30,580 nt of DNA from Promethearchaeota archaeon. Lineage in GTDB: Archaea; Asgardarchaeota; Lokiarchaeia; Sigyniarchaeales; SOKP01. This document shows positions 26,456 to 30,580 of the stretch, piece by piece. How positions within the stretch are numbered: the first letter of the stretch is position 1; each line of letters starts with the position of its first letter. The notes under the pieces were generated by a model, which worked only from the letters and a program-made list of their open reading frames with translations, made no database searches and was not told where the DNA came from. The stretch lies in NCBI GenBank assembly GCA_016840085.1, contig JAEOTA010000031.1, positions 1-30,580 on the forward strand, written 5' to 3'. The translations under genes and the position numbers were made by a program.

Positions 26456-27010
26456 GTGGTAATAATGAATGAAGAAAATCTAGAAAAGTTACTTTTTAAT
26501 TTAAATGATGCTAATGCTAAACTTAGCGAACTTAAAAAAAGTTTAAATGAAGCTAATAGTACAATCTCTGCCAAAGATGTTGAAATTAATAAATTAAAGG
26601 CTGAAGTCGATGATTTGAAGAGTAAAGCATCTGTATCAGAAGAAGAAAAATCTAAATTAATATCGCAAATTGAAGAATTAAATAACAAAATTAACGAGTT
26701 AAACAACTTAATCTCCCAAAAAGAAGCTGAAATTCAAGAAATTAATGAAATCATTGCGGAGAAAGATATATTTATAAAAGATCAATCAGATTATATAGAA
26801 AAAGTCGAAACAGAATTAAATGAGTTAAAACCTCCAGAAATAGGTGTTAGTGATCTTAAGCGTGAAGAACGTATATTCTGCCCAGGATGTGGTGCTCTTG
26901 GTAAAAATATAAAAGTTATAGATGATAAATCAAAAGTCTTGAGTTATGTTGGGAATATTCCTATGTACGCTAAGATACATGTTTGTAAACAATGTGGATA
27001 TGAATTTTAG
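26456..27010 (+). CDS. Long coiled-coil protein with a C-terminal Zn ribbon
   Basis: About 120 aa of heptad repeats, then CPGCG...DKSKVLSY...MYAK..VCKQCGYEF. The likely start is ATG at 26465. Confidence 0.85.
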   Translation: MVIMNEENLEKLLFNLNDANAKLSELKKSLNEANSTISAKDVEINKLKAEVDDLKSKASVSEEEKSKLISQIEELNNKINELNNLISQKEAEIQEINEIIAEKDIFIKDQSDYIEKVETELNELKPPEIGVSDLKREERIFCPGCGALGKNIKVIDDKSKVLSYVGNIPMYAKIHVCKQCGYEF

Positions 27011-27171
27011 TAATTTTGGTTATTTTAGAGTAGTTTAAGAACTTTAAATTACAAAATAAGTATCCTTATTTAATTTGGTATTGATTCTGAATTCTATAAT
27101 ATATATAAAAATAAAATCTACACATCAGAAGAAGATTTTGTATTTAAAAGATTCTCCTCTGAGTCAAAAAA

Positions 27172-27450
27172 TTGATTATTTGTTTATTTAAATATTTCAG
27201 TAATTTAGCTAATAAGAACGATGATCACAAGGTTGTTTCGAAAATATGGAGTGAATATTATTCATATATGGAAAAAATAAAATCTGTTGAAAATTATGCT
27301 AATTATCTATGTAATCTTTATAATAATAATGATGTAGATGAATTTTCTCTTGAACAGGATAATTTTATTAGTTTAATTAAATCTGGAAATAAAGCAGAAT
27401 TAAATGAAGTTATATATAACAGGCTTAAAATCGAAAAAAACATAATTTAA
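27172..27450 (+). pseudogene. Probable 3' remnant of a larger unknown gene
   Basis: TTG start without RBS. Coding-like sequence in other frames extends upstream to about 27073. Confidence 0.35.
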
Positions 27451-27547
27451 TGAAATTAAAATTCTGATTTTTTAAAATCATTGAATCTTTAAGATTTTGT
27501 TAGAATTAGGTTTTAATGAACTGAAAATTAATCTTAACAGAGATTAA

Positions 27548-28228
27548 TTATTTTTTCCCTTCAATTTCTCTTAATCTTTTATCTTTTTCGAGTTTGTCCT
27601 TATAATATCTGATTGAATCTATCAATTTACCCGATTCTTCTTTCCAATCAATATTTTCGAATCTTTTTTTAACTTCTTTGTAAATTTCTATTATTTTTTC
27701 GTACGGACAATCAAGATGAAGGATGCTACCCCTTTTTATTTCTTGTTCGTATTCATTTGCCATTCTTTCAGCATTACTAATCATATTAAAAATTTCTTCA
27801 GACTCTTCAATTTTTTCTTTCTTTTTCGCTTCAAAATCTAAAATTTCTTCCTCTTTATTGAGAGAGAGGATTACCGCTTTAATTGTCTCTATTTCCTTAA
27901 TTTTATGCAAATCTTCAAATTCTTTCTGTTTTTGCACTTTTTGAGCTTCAATTTCGCGTAATTTTTTATCTTTCTCTAATTTTTCACGGTAAAACTTAAT
28001 TTGTTCATTGAAAATCATAGCTTGCTCATTCCAACTACAATCAATGAGCATTTGTTTTATGTCTCCATAGATTTTAATTATTTTGGGATAAGGACACTTA
28101 GTCTCATATTTACTTTTTTTAATGGCAAACTCGTAATCTCTGGCCATTTCTTCTGCAATATCTATCATTTCTGTGATTTGATTTTCAAATTTTTTATTCA
28201 TAAAATTTTTTTTTTCTCTTTGTTGCAC
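27548..28228 (-). CDS. Helical protein with two copies of a repeat (AE.MA..YE..IK...CPY.KII.IY...W.E...I..Y..KLEKDK.LREIE), probably 5'-degraded
   Basis: The internal duplication is obvious in translation. Upstream 28229-28506 looks like a frameshifted N-terminal part. Confidence 0.75.
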   Translation of the reverse strand: MQQREKKNFMNKKFENQITEMIDIAEEMARDYEFAIKKSKYETKCPYPKIIKIYGDIKQMLIDCSWNEQAMIFNEQIKFYREKLEKDKKLREIEAQKVQKQKEFEDLHKIKEIETIKAVILSLNKEEEILDFEAKKKEKIEESEEIFNMISNAERMANEYEQEIKRGSILHLDCPYEKIIEIYKEVKKRFENIDWKEESGKLIDSIRYYKDKLEKDKRLREIEGKK

Positions 28229-28734
28229 AGTAAACTCTCCACAAGCAACGATTTTTCATAAATTTGTTAAATAAATTTTTTTTAAATTTTGTGAAATAAG
28301 ATGCATTATTTCTTCTCGAATCAACCTATCAAGTTGTTTTTCTTTTATGGGATATTGAGAAAGCAATATTGAAGACTGTTCATCAAAGGTTTTCTTTTAA
28401 AAAGATTAATTAAAAGATCTCCTGCTTGATCTTTAGGTTTTCCTTCTCTATCAAAAGAAGTATCTTCTAACAATTCTTTATCTAATACCCTGTTTTTATT
28501 CCTCATAGAGTTCTCTATAAGGGACTTTATATAATAAAATAATTAAATAATTATAATTTAAATCTTCACTTTTATCTCCAGATGTCTATTATATCTATTA
28601 AGGATATAATTTAAATCAAAACTTGGAAAAGGTTGGATTATAATTTCTAATGTTCCCTGAAAGTTATCTAAATGATCATAGATACATTTCCTCATATATT
28701 CCAATTCTCTTTTAGTTGGGAATAGTATCTTATA

Positions 28735-28983
28735 TTACTCCTCCTTATTCACGCCTGATATACATGTATAAATAATGTCCGTTGGGGATTTTGGTTTTAA
28801 ATCGTCAAGATTTACTATTTGAGTTCTATGTCCTCGATGTGTTTTCTCAAATTGCTGTAATAATTGTATAGCTTTATAATTATTAACATCAATAATGCAA
28901 TATTCATGGCAATCGAAACAAGCTCTCGCTCTTGTTTTTCTTAATTTATCATCAATCGATTCATTCAGATCCAATTTCATCAT
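28735..28983 (-). CDS. Small CxxC...HxxH Zn-binding protein
   Basis: RACFDCHEY...FEKTHRGHRTQIVN, with a paralog at 24554-24733. Confidence 0.8.
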   Translation of the reverse strand: MMKLDLNESIDDKLRKTRARACFDCHEYCIIDVNNYKAIQLLQQFEKTHRGHRTQIVNLDDLKPKSPTDIIYTCISGVNKEE

Positions 28984-29176
28984 TCTCTTTTTTATGTTTT
29001 TCTAATGTATTATATATTAGCAGTACAATTGTGGTAGTATAAAACTCCATATTAATAGAAAAATCATCTCTTGAAGTGATAATGAATCTAAGGAACAAAA
29101 TATAACCCAATATAACATATAAAGCACGATACCAATCTATTATAATGTATCTAATTCCATGAGATTTTATACTCAT
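28961..29176 (-). CDS. Small two-TM membrane protein overlapping the downstream gene
   Basis: Two hydrophobic stretches, AGGT RBS-like element, and a 23-bp overlap suggesting an operon. Confidence 0.55.
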   Translation of the reverse strand: MSIKSHGIRYIIIDWYRALYVILGYILFLRFIITSRDDFSINMEFYTTTIVLLIYNTLEKHKKENDEIGSE

Positions 29177-29313
29177 TTAAAAAATCATTTACCTTTTTTA
29201 TTATACCTTTGCTCTTTAATTTTTCATATCTTTTTTCAAGTTGATTAGGAATTTGATAGACTCCCTTACTATGAGCAATTTCCTTTAATTTATCTATTAA
29301 TTCTTTAAAACAG

Positions 29314-29883
29314 TTAAATATAATGTTCAAATTTCATTATTGTTCTTGTTAAAAATTCAAACATCTTATCAACATTTTTTCCAGTTTTAGAGGAGCATTC
29401 GAAATATTTAAAGAATTTATATTTTTTTGAGATTTTTTTAGCAGATCTTCGAGATATCATTCGTTCTTTAGAGAGATCTAACTTTCCACCAACCATTAAT
29501 GTAGGGATTTCTTTTTTATCATCAGATAAACTTTCTTTAAATGCTACTAACCAATCTTCTATATTCTCTAAACTGGAATATTTAGTAATATCATACATAA
29601 AAATTCCTCCTGATGCTCCTCTTGAAAAAGCAGAAAAAATAAATTTAAAACTTAACTCGCTTCCAAGAATCCAAATTTGAAGAGCTATTTTGGAAGAACC
29701 TATTTTTAACGTCTTAACTGCGATATCGATACACGTAGGTGGCTTTTTTTGCTTGTTGAACATTTCAGGAACATATGTTCGGAGTAACTCAGTTTTTCCA
29801 ACATTCATGTCTCCAAAAATACATATTTTTAAGATTAAATCCTTGTTAATTTCTTGCACCTCTAATTTTTTAAAAGCTTCCAA
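29314..29883 (-). CDS. Rab-like small GTPase (Ras superfamily) with atypical G2/G3 motifs
   Basis: G1 GDMNVGKT, LQIWILGSE (G3 without Asp), RGASGGIFMYDIT, G4 GGKLD, G5 ECSSKTG.NV. No C-terminal Cys prenylation motif. Confidence 0.9.
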   Translation of the reverse strand: MEAFKKLEVQEINKDLILKICIFGDMNVGKTELLRTYVPEMFNKQKKPPTCIDIAVKTLKIGSSKIALQIWILGSELSFKFIFSAFSRGASGGIFMYDITKYSSLENIEDWLVAFKESLSDDKKEIPTLMVGGKLDLSKERMISRRSAKKISKKYKFFKYFECSSKTGKNVDKMFEFLTRTIMKFEHYI

Positions 29884-30224
29884 GTTTTCTTTTACCTATA
29901 GAATCTATAATCATTTCTATTGGCATTTTTTATCTAACTTAAAAGTAAATCCTTATAACTTATTTTATTATATCAGGGGCTTCTATAGGTGATTCTATAG
30001 AAGGTCCTATGTAATAATAAAATAGTCAAAAATTTTATATTTAAATTTTTACTTCTTTATTTTTTCTTTAAATTATGTTAATATTATTGATGAGGTGCTT
30101 CATTTTCTATAATAAAAATACTAAAGTGATTAATTTAATAAAAGATAAATACTATAATTTTATCTTATTTATAGTGAGATTAAAAGCATAAGAATAGAAT
30201 TTTAATTAACGGCGTGTAAAATAA

Positions 30225-30580
30225 ATGTCAGAAGCAACAATTAATGAGGAATTTGCTACTAAATTGAAAAATGAACAATTTCTATATGTTGCAGATAATT
30301 CTAGTTTAGGATTTGTGTTAATCCAGAGAGGACATCTAATATATTATAATAAAAAATTTGGAGAAATCTTTGGCTATTCTCAAGAAGAGATCTCAAAATG
30401 GAAAAAGAGAGAATTCTATAAAATTGTGCATCCTGAAGATTTAAAACATTTAGTAGAGACATTTAAGATTGAAAATGATAAAAGAACTATAACAATACGA
30501 TTTAGAGGTATAAGGAAAGATAAAAGCATAATTAATATAGAAAATTATAATTGTCAAATTAAATATAACAATAAGTTTGC
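30225..30580 (+). CDS. PAS-domain protein, runs off the window end (partial)
   Basis: MSEATINEEFATKLKNEQFLYVADNSSLGFVLIQRGHLIYYNKKFGEIFGYSQEEI...IVHPED...RFRGIRKDKSIINIE, open to the end of the window. Confidence 0.85.
   Translation, partial: MSEATINEEFATKLKNEQFLYVADNSSLGFVLIQRGHLIYYNKKFGEIFGYSQEEISKWKKREFYKIVHPEDLKHLVETFKIENDKRTITIRFRGIRKDKSIINIENYNCQIKYNNKF

Noticed and set aside
28254-28260. In-frame TGA as selenocysteine
   Set aside because: No redox motif context, no SECIS identified, and a neighbouring frameshift indicates decay.

Overview
AT-rich (roughly 30% GC by eye) chromosomal window that most likely comes from an Asgard archaeon (Lokiarchaeia/Promethearchaeia). This is inferred from a ubiquitin-like protein, a Rab-like small GTPase, IPGY/IPSY 'Loki-CTERM'-type tails, many small Cys-rich Zn-binding proteins, and archaeal TATA/GGTGA signals. 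Metabolic genes: Thr-type sulfatase, FATP-like acyl-CoA synthetase, VOC enzyme, DUF362 protein and an OYE-type flavin/Fe-S reductase. Cell-surface genes: two DNRLRE-type proteins, a NosD-type beta-helix and a 7-bladed SBBP propeller, plus a permease-like/CPBP fusion. Signalling genes: two PAS proteins and the GTPase. I found no rRNA, tRNA, CRISPR array or transposase. The most notable elements are a UFM1-like modifier gene (1793-2128) with an unannotated pseudogenised copy that includes its promoter (16345-16676), an unannotated 57-aa double Zn finger (4769-4942), and a recurring pattern of local paralog pairs in which one copy is broken or chimeric. All family assignments come from motif recognition, not database searches.
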